From an uncultured bacterium (GTDB lineage Bacteria; Bacillota_I; Bacilli_A; RF39; UBA660): a DNA stretch of 64,000 nucleotides. Positions within the stretch are counted from its first letter, which is position 1, and each line of letters starts with the position of its first letter. The DNA is taken from contig CAMNUE010000001.1 of the NCBI GenBank assembly GCA_946560065.1, positions 62,805 to 126,804 of the forward strand, given 5' to 3'. Below are positions 34,161-42,024 of this stretch, in pieces. The notes under the pieces were generated by a model that did not search any database, was not told the DNA's origin, and was given only the letters and a program-made list of their open reading frames with translations. A program made the translations under genes and the position numbers.

Positions 34161-35697
34161 GCAATCTACAAATCAGGCTGGGGCAATAAAAAAGAGGAGA
34201 GTTGCTGCTTATGCCAGAGTTTCAACCGACCAAGAAGAACAATTAACAAGTTATGAGGCACAGGTTGATTATTATACAAATTATATTAAATCAAGAGATG
34301 ATTGGGAATTTGTCGACGTTTATACTGATGAAGGTATAAGTGGTACATCTACCAAGCATCGTGAAGGATTTAACAAAATGGTTAAATCTGCATTAGATGG
34401 TAACATCGATTTAATCATTACAAAGTCTGTTTCAAGGTTTGCTAGAAATACAGTAGATAGTTTAACAACTATAAGAAAACTAAAAGATATAGGATGTGAA
34501 TGCTATTTTGAAAAAGAAAACATCTGGACATTTGATGGTAAGGGTGAGTTGCTGCTTACAATAATGAGTTCATTAGCACAAGAGGAAAGTAGATCCATAT
34601 CAGAGAATGTTAAATGGGGACACAGAAAAAGATTTGCAGATGGTAAGGTATCAGTGCCATTTAATAATTTCCTAGGATATAAAAAAGGAGAAGATGGAAA
34701 TCTTGTTATTGATGAAGAACAAGCAATAATAGTAAAAAGAATATATCGTGAATTTTTATCAGGGTCATCATCTGTTGCTATTGCAAAGGGACTAACAAAT
34801 GATGGAATAGAGACTCCAGGACATAAACAAAAATGGTATGCTACAACTGTTAGGAGTATTCTTACCAACGAAAAATATAAAGGAGATGCCTTACTTCAAA
34901 AGCATTATACCGTTGATTTCTTAACTAAAAAGCAAAAAATAAATGAAGGAGAGGTACAACAATACTATGTTGAAAATAACCATCCTGCGATTATAGAACC
35001 AGATGTATTCGAGATGGTAAGATTAGAAATTGATAGACGATTAATGCTTAAGGGTAAGTATAGTGGAACTGATATTTTGACAGCGAAGATTAGATGTGGG
35101 GAATGTGGTGGTAGCTATGGAGCTAAAGTATGGCATTCAAATGATAAGTATAGAAGGGTAATGTATCAATGCAATAGTAAATACTCTGGAAAAGAGAAAT
35201 GTAAAACACCCGCAATAAGGTCTGAAGATATTGAAAGCAGATTTGTAAACGTAGTTAATATATTAATTGAAAGTAAAGATGAGATAATTTCAAATTTAGA
35301 AAAAGTACTTGATAAGATATGTAATAAAAAAGAACTATCAAAAGAAAAAGAAAAACTAGAGAATAGCCTAACAGAGCAAGTAGAAAAAATACAAGAACTT
35401 ATTGATATGAATTCAAGAGTAGCACAAAACCAAGAAAAATATAAAAAAGAATATGATGCCATGATAAAAACTTATGATGAAACAAAGTTTAAGTATGAAC
35501 AGTTAGAAATTGAATCATCACAACAAGCAGCAAAGCATCAGATGATAAAAGACTACATTAATACTTTAAAGAAACAAAATAAACCTTTGACAAAGTTTGA
35601 TGGATTAATGTGGGGGAGCTTACTAGAAAGTGCAACAATTAAAGATAAAGATACCATAGTATTTAAATTTAAAGATGGAACAGAAATAAATGGATAA
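34120..35697 (+). CDS. Large serine recombinase 2
   Basis: VAAYARVSTDQEEQLTSYEAQ, IITKSVSRFARNT, zinc ribbon CGECGG and a C-terminal coiled coil. 525 aa. Overlaps recombinase 1 by 41 nt. Confidence 0.9.
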   Translation: MSKKVTTIPALLNKQSTNQAGAIKKRRVAAYARVSTDQEEQLTSYEAQVDYYTNYIKSRDDWEFVDVYTDEGISGTSTKHREGFNKMVKSALDGNIDLIITKSVSRFARNTVDSLTTIRKLKDIGCECYFEKENIWTFDGKGELLLTIMSSLAQEESRSISENVKWGHRKRFADGKVSVPFNNFLGYKKGEDGNLVIDEEQAIIVKRIYREFLSGSSSVAIAKGLTNDGIETPGHKQKWYATTVRSILTNEKYKGDALLQKHYTVDFLTKKQKINEGEVQQYYVENNHPAIIEPDVFEMVRLEIDRRLMLKGKYSGTDILTAKIRCGECGGSYGAKVWHSNDKYRRVMYQCNSKYSGKEKCKTPAIRSEDIESRFVNVVNILIESKDEIISNLEKVLDKICNKKELSKEKEKLENSLTEQVEKIQELIDMNSRVAQNQEKYKKEYDAMIKTYDETKFKYEQLEIESSQQAAKHQMIKDYINTLKKQNKPLTKFDGLMWGSLLESATIKDKDTIVFKFKDGTEING

Positions 35698-35715
35698 AAA
35701 ATATAAAAAAATTTT

Positions 35716-35751
35716 GAGCAAATGTAAAAGTTTGCTTTTTTGTGTTATAAT
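35716..35751 (+). terminator. Terminator after recombinase 2, followed immediately by an extended -10 promoter
   Basis: AGCAAA-tgtaaaag-TTTGCT plus a T run, then TGtTATAAT at 35743-35751. Confidence 0.55.
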
Positions 35752-35790
35752 ATGGTTACAGATAAATAGTAATTTGTAGAGGAGATATTT

Positions 35791-36042
35791 ATGGAAGATA
35801 AACAAGTATTATTTAATAATATAGATAAAGTTCACACTACCGAAATGGGTATTGATAGAATTAAGAAAAATCTTAAATTAGATACTGATGATGTTGTTGA
35901 GTATTGTAAGAATAAAGTTTTAGATAAAAATTGTAACATCTATAAACAGGGTAAAAATTGGTATTGTGAAATTGATAATATAAAAATAACAATCAATTCA
36001 TATAGTTATACAATTATAACAGCACACAAATTAAAGAGGTAA
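35791..36042 (+). CDS. DUF3781 domain protein
   Basis: HTTEMGIDRIKKNL ... GKNWYCE...ITINSYSYTIITAHK matches the DUF3781 pattern. Confidence 0.7.
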   Translation: MEDKQVLFNNIDKVHTTEMGIDRIKKNLKLDTDDVVEYCKNKVLDKNCNIYKQGKNWYCEIDNIKITINSYSYTIITAHKLKR

Positions 36043-36047
36043 AATAG

Positions 36048-36512
36048 ATGGATTATCAAATAATAGAATTAGAAGAATTTAATGTAATAGGAATAAGGTA
36101 TGAATTATCAAAATCATTAAGTAATAATGTAAAATTAGCACAAAACCATTGGAAAATATTTAATAGTAAATTAAGAAATAATAAGTTATATTTAGGAAGT
36201 AATTGGTGTAAATATGCTTTTATTGAAAAAATAGAAAATAAGATATTTTATTATATATCTATTCCTAAAAAAGATTTTGTACCAAATGATTTTACAGAAA
36301 AGATAATTTTGAAAAGTAAATATTTAAGGGTAGAACATATTGGTAATATGAATAAACTAAAAGATACTATCAATTATGTTTATAAAGAAATAATACCTAA
36401 AAATAATATTTTAGTAGAAAATAGGCAATTTGTTTATTTTGAAAAATATGATTATAAATTTCATTGGAATAGAGAAGATTCTGTTATTGAGATCTATATT
36501 CCGATTAAATAA
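36048..36512 (+). CDS. GyrI-like small-molecule-binding domain protein
   Basis: 154 aa. Begins ..IIELEEFNVIGIRYE.. and ends ..IEIYIPIK, typical of AraC-effector/GyrI-like domains. Confidence 0.6.
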   Translation: MDYQIIELEEFNVIGIRYELSKSLSNNVKLAQNHWKIFNSKLRNNKLYLGSNWCKYAFIEKIENKIFYYISIPKKDFVPNDFTEKIILKSKYLRVEHIGNMNKLKDTINYVYKEIIPKNNILVENRQFVYFEKYDYKFHWNREDSVIEIYIPIK

Positions 36513-36542
36513 CAAATTACAATATGGAAGTGAGATGAGTTA

Positions 36543-37019
36543 ATGAATATTCACTTTGGATTTTCATATATAGGTTTAATATTTTTACTAATGTTGATGT
36601 TACCAAATATTATATGGAGTAAAAATAAGCCTAAAGGCTATGATAAATATGTAAAAAATGAAAATAAAGTATTACTACTATTGGAGTGGCTTGGAGAAAT
36701 GCTAGTAACCTGTCTGTCATTGATATTTAGTGATTTTAATATAAATAAAATATCAAACTGGTCTAGTATATTGTTAATTGCCTTTATTATAATGATTTTA
36801 TACGAAATATATTGGATAAGATATTTTAAAAGTAATAAAACAATGAAAGATATGTATAGTAGCTTGTTAGGAATACCAGTTGCAGGAGCTACTTTGCCAG
36901 TAGTTGCATTTCTGTTACTAGGTATATATGGTAGAAATATATTTCTTATTATATCAACAATAGTATTAGGAATAGGACATATAGGAATACACTTAAATCA
37001 TAAAAAAGAATTAGAATAA
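36543..37019 (+). CDS. Integral membrane protein (158 aa)
   Basis: Four or five predicted TM helices. No recognised family. Confidence 0.55.
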   Translation: MNIHFGFSYIGLIFLLMLMLPNIIWSKNKPKGYDKYVKNENKVLLLLEWLGEMLVTCLSLIFSDFNINKISNWSSILLIAFIIMILYEIYWIRYFKSNKTMKDMYSSLLGIPVAGATLPVVAFLLLGIYGRNIFLIISTIVLGIGHIGIHLNHKKELE

Positions 37020-37064
37020 GAAATTACAATTTTATAGTTATTGATTTATAGTAATTTACCGAAA

Positions 37065-37146
37065 AGATTGTCAGTAATGACAGTCTTTTTTGTACGACAA
37101 GCAGTTATACAAATAGATTAGTTCAGTGCAACTAATCTATTTTTTA
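37065..37146 (+). terminator. Two tandem rho-independent terminators
   Basis: First: AGATTGTCA-gtaa-TGACAGTCT plus T5 (37065-37091). Second: a perfect 10-bp stem ATAGATTAGT-tcagtgca-ACTAATCTAT plus T5 (37113-37146). Confidence 0.75.
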
Positions 37147-37191
37147 TAAGAATTATAAACGAATTAAATGCAATTATTTTTTTATTATTTA

Positions 37192-37241
37192 TTGACATTT
37201 AATTATAACTACTATATAATATAGTAGTATAGTTTGTAGTA
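37192..37241 (+). promoter_or_regulatory. Consensus sigma-A promoter with overlapping palindromic operator (probable PadR site)
   Basis: TTGACA (37192-37197), a 17-nt spacer, then TATAAT (37215-37220). A perfect inverted repeat ACTACTATAT-a-ATATAGTAGT (37208-37228) is centred on the -10. An extra GTAGTA lies at 37236-37241. Confidence 0.75.
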
Positions 37242-37260
37242 GAAAGAAGGGCTTAAATAT

Positions 37261-37611
37261 ATGAAAAATTATGACAACTATTTTCTTCCTGTAGATAATA
37301 TGGAAGAAGCAAAAAGATATTATGAGGAAATATTGGGGTTAAAAAAGAAATTTGATTTTTCTGATAAGGGAATGGTTGCTTATAATATTGGAAATGAAGA
37401 ACCTGCAATAATTTTAAAAGACAAAAATAAATTTGAGAATTTAAAGCCTACAATATGGTTTGAAGTAGAAGATGTTGCAATCTTCTATAAAGAAATGTTG
37501 AATAATGGTATAAAATTTTTGAGTGAGCCTTTTAAAATTGGAACTGGTAATGCAGTCGAGTTTGAAGATCCATTTGGAAATAGACTTGGCGTTACAGATT
37601 ATATTAAGTAA
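37261..37611 (+). CDS. VOC/glyoxalase-bleomycin resistance family protein
   Basis: 116 aa. Pattern ..A..YYEEILGLKKKFD... and C-terminal ..FEDPFGNRLGV.. is typical of glyoxalase-fold proteins. Confidence 0.7.
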   Translation: MKNYDNYFLPVDNMEEAKRYYEEILGLKKKFDFSDKGMVAYNIGNEEPAIILKDKNKFENLKPTIWFEVEDVAIFYKEMLNNGIKFLSEPFKIGTGNAVEFEDPFGNRLGVTDYIK

Positions 37612-37623
37612 GGAGTAGAGATT

Positions 37624-38151
37624 ATGTCAAATATAGATTTGGTATTATTAGGACTTATTAAACAAAAATCACAAAGTGCTTATGATATTAAAAAAAATAT
37701 AGAATATCGTAATATACCAAGATGGGTAAGAATTAGTGAACAGTCTATTTATAAGAAAGTATTACAATTAGAATCAAAAGAATATATTGTTAGCCATAAA
37801 GAGAAAGAGGGAAATATGCCAGATAAAGCAGTATATACTATTACTGACAAAGGTAATGATTATTTTAATAGACTTATGAATGATATTTCAAATTATGATG
37901 TTAGTCTATATTTGGATTTTAATATTATTATTACGAATTTAGATTTAGTAGATGATGAACAAAAAAAGATTCTTGTTTCTAATATAAAATCAAAGATATT
38001 AGAATTAAAAGAATTGCTAAATGAAAGACAATCTCATAGACAACATATTCCTAATGTTGGAAAACAAATGTTCAAACAACAATTAGCATTAGTAGAAACA
38101 TTAGAAAAGTGGATAATTGATTTTGAGAATAGTTTAAAAGGACAAAATTAG
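37624..38151 (+). CDS. PadR-family transcriptional regulator
   Basis: LVLLGLIKQKSQSAYDIKKNIE...SIYKKVLQLESKEYI...KAVYTITDKG winged-HTH pattern of PadR. Confidence 0.8.
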   Translation: MSNIDLVLLGLIKQKSQSAYDIKKNIEYRNIPRWVRISEQSIYKKVLQLESKEYIVSHKEKEGNMPDKAVYTITDKGNDYFNRLMNDISNYDVSLYLDFNIIITNLDLVDDEQKKILVSNIKSKILELKELLNERQSHRQHIPNVGKQMFKQQLALVETLEKWIIDFENSLKGQN

Positions 38152-38200
38152 CAAATATTGATTTTAAGTTAAAAGATAAATTTGTAGGGAGGGAAATTAC

Positions 38201-40123
38201 ATGAAAATAATCAACATTGGTATTCTTGCTCATGTAGATGCAGGAAAGACGACTTTAACGGAAAGTCTGCTTTATACAAGTGGAGCGATTTTAGAATTAG
38301 GCAGTGTAGATAAGGGAACAACAAGGACAGATACTATGTTTTTAGAACGTCAGCGTGGAATCACAATTCAGGCAGCAGTTACTTCTTTTAATTGGAATGA
38401 CTACAAAATCAATATTGTAGATACTCCTGGACATACAGATTTTATAACAGAAGTGTATCGTTCCTTATCTGTTCTTGATGGAGCTATTTTAGTAATTTCT
38501 GCTAAAGATGGTGTACAAGCACAAACAAGAATACTATTCCATGCACTTCAAAAAATGAATATACCAACAATTATTTTTATAAATAAAATAGATCAGTATG
38601 GAATTAACTTAAATAATATTTATCAAAATATCAAAGAAAAACTTTCAAATGATATTATTGTTATGCAAAATGTAACATTAACTCCAGAAATATCAATTAA
38701 AAATATCATTGATTTAGATGAATGGGATCCTGTAATTTCCAAAAATGATAAACTTTTAGAAAAATATATTGCAGGAGAAAAATTGACTATACAGGAATTA
38801 ACGTATGAAGAATATAGGTGTGTTAAAAAAGGTTCGTTGTTTCCTATATACCATGGAAGTGCTAAAAATAATATAGGAACTCAACAACTCATTGAAGCTA
38901 TTTCAAATCTTTTTTGTCCTGAAATGAATAAGAATTATTCAGAACTATGTGGAAGAGTTTTTAAAATTGAATATACAGACCATAAGCAAAGATTAGTTTA
39001 TTTGCGTCTTTACAGTGGAACATTACACTTACGAGATACAATTGTATTGTCAGAAAAAAAGAAAGTGAAACTTACAGAAATATATATTCCTTCAAATGGA
39101 GAAATGATACAGACAGAAATAGTTTGTTCTGGAGATATTTTTATAATACCTAACAATACATTAAGATTGAACGATATTATAGGAAATGAAAAGATTTTGC
39201 CATGCAATGTATGGAATGACAAGCCTGTACCAATGCTACGAACAAGAATTGAACCGATAAAAATAGAAGAGAGAGAAAAATTATTGGATGCTCTTACAGA
39301 AATTGCAGATACTGATCCTCTTTTACGTTATTATGTTGATACGATAACACATGAAATCATCATTTCTTTTTTAGGAACAGTGCAGTTAGAAGTTATCTGT
39401 TCTCTGTTGATTGAAAAATATCACATAAACATAAGAATCGAAGATCCAACCGTAATTTATTTGGAAAAGCCATTACAAAAGGCAGATTATACTATTCATA
39501 TTGAAGTACCACCAAATCCATTTTGGGCATCAATTGGATTATCAATAACTCCACTTCCAATTGGCAGTGGAATACAGTACGAAAGCAAAGTTTCACTCGG
39601 TTATTTAAATCAAAGTTTCCAAAATGCAGTAAGAGAAGGTATTAATTATGGACTGGAGCAAGGTTTGTATGGCTGGGAAGTAACAGATTGTAAAATATGT
39701 TTTGAATATGGTGTTTATTATAGCCCTGTTAGTACTCCCTCGGATTTTCGTTTTCTTGCCCCAATTGTACTTGAACAAACATTGAAAAAAGCGGGAACGC
39801 AATTATTAGAGCCATATCTTTCGTTTATACTTTTTACACCACAGGGATACCTTTCTCGTGCATATAATGATGCACAAAAACATTGTGCAATAATTGAAAC
39901 TAGTCAATCAAAAAATGATGAAATTATTTTTACAGGACATATTCCTGTACGTTGTATTAATGAATATCGTAATACTTTAACTCTATATACAAATGGGCAA
40001 GCAGTTTTTTTGACAGAATTAAAAGATTATCAAATTGCTACTTGTGAACCAGTTATTCAATCACGTAGACCAAATAATCGAATAGATAAAGTACGCCATA
40101 TGTTTAATAAAAAAGAAAATTAA
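38201..40123 (+). CDS. tet: Tetracycline resistance ribosomal protection protein (Tet(M)/Tet(O)-family; possibly the tet(44) class)
   Basis: 640 aa. [25 protein letters not shown].., DTPGH.DF, FINKID GTPase motifs. Colinear with Tet(M) through to ..RRPN.RIDKVR.MF. Class assignment needs a database comparison. Confidence 0.95.
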   Translation: MKIINIGILAHVDAGKTTLTESLLYTSGAILELGSVDKGTTRTDTMFLERQRGITIQAAVTSFNWNDYKINIVDTPGHTDFITEVYRSLSVLDGAILVISAKDGVQAQTRILFHALQKMNIPTIIFINKIDQYGINLNNIYQNIKEKLSNDIIVMQNVTLTPEISIKNIIDLDEWDPVISKNDKLLEKYIAGEKLTIQELTYEEYRCVKKGSLFPIYHGSAKNNIGTQQLIEAISNLFCPEMNKNYSELCGRVFKIEYTDHKQRLVYLRLYSGTLHLRDTIVLSEKKKVKLTEIYIPSNGEMIQTEIVCSGDIFIIPNNTLRLNDIIGNEKILPCNVWNDKPVPMLRTRIEPIKIEEREKLLDALTEIADTDPLLRYYVDTITHEIIISFLGTVQLEVICSLLIEKYHINIRIEDPTVIYLEKPLQKADYTIHIEVPPNPFWASIGLSITPLPIGSGIQYESKVSLGYLNQSFQNAVREGINYGLEQGLYGWEVTDCKICFEYGVYYSPVSTPSDFRFLAPIVLEQTLKKAGTQLLEPYLSFILFTPQGYLSRAYNDAQKHCAIIETSQSKNDEIIFTGHIPVRCINEYRNTLTLYTNGQAVFLTELKDYQIATCEPVIQSRRPNNRIDKVRHMFNKKEN

Positions 40124-40162
40124 GTTACTATTCGCTAAATTACAATTTATAGAGTAGATGTA

Positions 40163-40190
40163 ATAAGAGCCGAAAGGCTCTTATTTTTAT
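40163..40190 (+). terminator. Rho-independent terminator after tet
   Basis: ATAAGAGCC-gaaa-GGCTCTTAT followed by TTTTT. Confidence 0.8.
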
Positions 40191-40194
40191 GCCT

Positions 40195-40257
40195 TTAAAT
40201 CCTATTCACTTACAAAACTTTTCTTATTATGTAAGTTAAATCCTGTTCACTTACAAA
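40195..40257 (+). repeat. 22-bp direct repeat pair at the element/comEC junction
   Basis: TTAAATCCTATTCACTTACAAA (40195-40216) and TTAAATCCTGTTCACTTACAAA (40236-40257), 21/22 identical. Between them, TTATGTAAGT is the inverted partner of ACTTACAAAA. Confidence 0.7.
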
Positions 40258-41032
40258 GGTTTGTTGTATTAAGAATGGTGTCGTGATAGATATTGGACAA
40301 GGAGACTCTATTTTGATTCATTCTCATAATAAAAATATTTTGATTGATACAGGAGGAGTTACAAATTATGGTTCTCAAAATACAGATGGAGAGATTTATC
40401 ACAATACAATAAGTCCTTGTTTTAAAAGTTTAGGAATTTCTAAATTAGACTATTTAATTCTCACTCATGGGGATAAAGACCATTTAGGAGAAGCCAACAC
40501 TATTATCGAAAACATTCCTGTAAACAAAATAATTATTAATAGTAACAAAATAAACTATTATGAGAAATCTCTAATCAAAGAAAATACAATTATTGGCAAA
40601 CAGAACTTATCTTTTAAAGTAAATGACTTGATTTTCACCCAGTTAAACGAAAACTTAGATGATGAAAACGATAGTAGTCAAATATATCTTTTGAACTACA
40701 ACAACCTAAAAATATTACTAACGGGAGATGCTTCTATAAAAAGTGAAGAAAAACTATTAGAAAATTATGAACTTGGTCATATTGATATTTTAAAAGTAGG
40801 GCATCATGGTTCAAAAACAAGTACAAGTGAAAAGCTACTAGAAACACTAAAACCCAAAGTAGCCTTAATTTCATCAGGTAGAGAAAATAAGTTTAATCAT
40901 CCCCATCAAGAAATAATAAAAAGACTAAAAAAATACAATCTAAAAATATATAATACTCAAGATAGCGGAACAGTTACAGTTGACCTAGATAGAAAGGTAA
41001 TATCTGAGACAAAAAATAGCCATAAAAAATAA
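40235..41032 (+). pseudogene. comEC: comEC 3' fragment (metallo-beta-lactamase domain only); 5' part displaced by the inserted element
   Basis: The sequence begins at the ComEC MBL signature ..VIDIGQGDSILI.., followed by THGDKDHLG and VGHHGSKTS. There is no convincing RBS. The frame is open only back to the TAA at 40232. The competence/TM domain (>400 aa in full-length ComEC) is absent. Confidence 0.6.
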
Positions 41033-41117
41033 TTATATTTTTATCTGTAAAAAAGCAGTCAAGTAACTAGACTTTTAAGAATATTTTAGATAAAATCAAA
41101 TTAATGGTGGTGGTTAA

Positions 41118-42020
41118 ATGACAAAAATTACAGATATCTACAAAACTGATTTAACTGCCTTAACTCATTCTTATCAAGATGCTTGTGCCAACAAAGAATT
41201 TCACAAATTTGTTACCGGTTTAAATGTCAAAGATGACACATTAATGAAGTATACTTCAAGTTTAGAAGAAGCTTTTTCTGAACACAAGAATTGCCAAAAA
41301 TGCAAAGGCTTAACTGCTTGTAAAAATAAAGTTTCAGGTTACTGCTACACACCAGTACCAGCAGAAAATGTAATTACATTCTCTTATGATGCCTGTGGCT
41401 ACCTACAAGAAGAATTAGAAAGAAATGCCTACAAAGATAATTTGGACTTATTTGATATGCCGAAAGAAATTAAAAATGCCTCTTTTAAAGAGATTTATAA
41501 AGATGACAAAGCAAGAGTTCCAATTATCAAATATTTTAAAGAATTTATGGACAATTATCAAAATGAGAAGAAACCAAAAGGTATTTATCTTAATGGTTCT
41601 TTTGGTTCCGGAAAAACATACCTTATTGCTTCATTATTCAATGAAATGGCTAAGAAAGGCGAAAAAAGCATCTTAATTTATTACCCAGAATTTCTAAGAA
41701 GTTTAAAAGCTTCTTTTCAAACAAATTATACAGAACAATTTAATTATATAAAAAAAATCCCATTATTATTACTAGATGATATTGGCGCCGAAAATTGTAG
41801 TAACTGGTCAAGAGATGAAGTACTAGGACCAATACTTCAATATAGGATGGAAAATTGCCTACCAACTTTTTTTACCTCAAATTTAAATCTTGAAGAATTA
41901 GAAAAACATCTAGGAATAACCTCATCAGGAGTAGATAAAGTAAAGGCAAGACGGATAATTGAGAGAATCAAACAATTAACTATATACCAAGAATTAATAA
42001 GCAAAAACAGAAGGGATTGA
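41118..42020 (+). CDS. dnaI: Primosomal helicase loader DnaI
   Basis: N-terminal zinc motif CQKCKGLTAC and AAA+ motifs NGSFGSGKTYL (Walker A) and LLLDDIG (Walker B). Confidence 0.8.
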   Translation: MTKITDIYKTDLTALTHSYQDACANKEFHKFVTGLNVKDDTLMKYTSSLEEAFSEHKNCQKCKGLTACKNKVSGYCYTPVPAENVITFSYDACGYLQEELERNAYKDNLDLFDMPKEIKNASFKEIYKDDKARVPIIKYFKEFMDNYQNEKKPKGIYLNGSFGSGKTYLIASLFNEMAKKGEKSILIYYPEFLRSLKASFQTNYTEQFNYIKKIPLLLLDDIGAENCSNWSRDEVLGPILQYRMENCLPTFFTSNLNLEELEKHLGITSSGVDKVKARRIIERIKQLTIYQELISKNRRD

Positions 42021-42024
42021 TAAA

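Larger units (their letters stand above)
1..40257. mobile_element. Integrated temperate siphovirus-like prophage (right-hand part; left end is upstream of the window) plus resistance cargo; right junction inside comEC
   Basis: Contiguous phage modules (replication, packaging, HK97-type head, tail, lysis, serine recombinases) end at 35697. Cargo operons span 35791-40123. Truncated comEC begins ~40235-40283. The window cannot show whether 35.7-40.2 kb excises with the phage. Confidence 0.75.

Noticed and set aside
37078-37090. 12-nt match TGACAGTCTTTT shared between the cargo terminator (37078) and the iteron region (5526)
   Set aside because: It is a short match in different structural contexts (a terminator arm versus an iteron flank) with no extended similarity around it, so it is most likely coincidence.
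40124-40282. tRNA or tmRNA gene as the integration target at the right junction
   Set aside because: No cloverleaf-capable sequence or conserved T-loop/anticodon-arm pattern is visible here or in any other intergenic region. The flanking sequence instead continues in frame into comEC.
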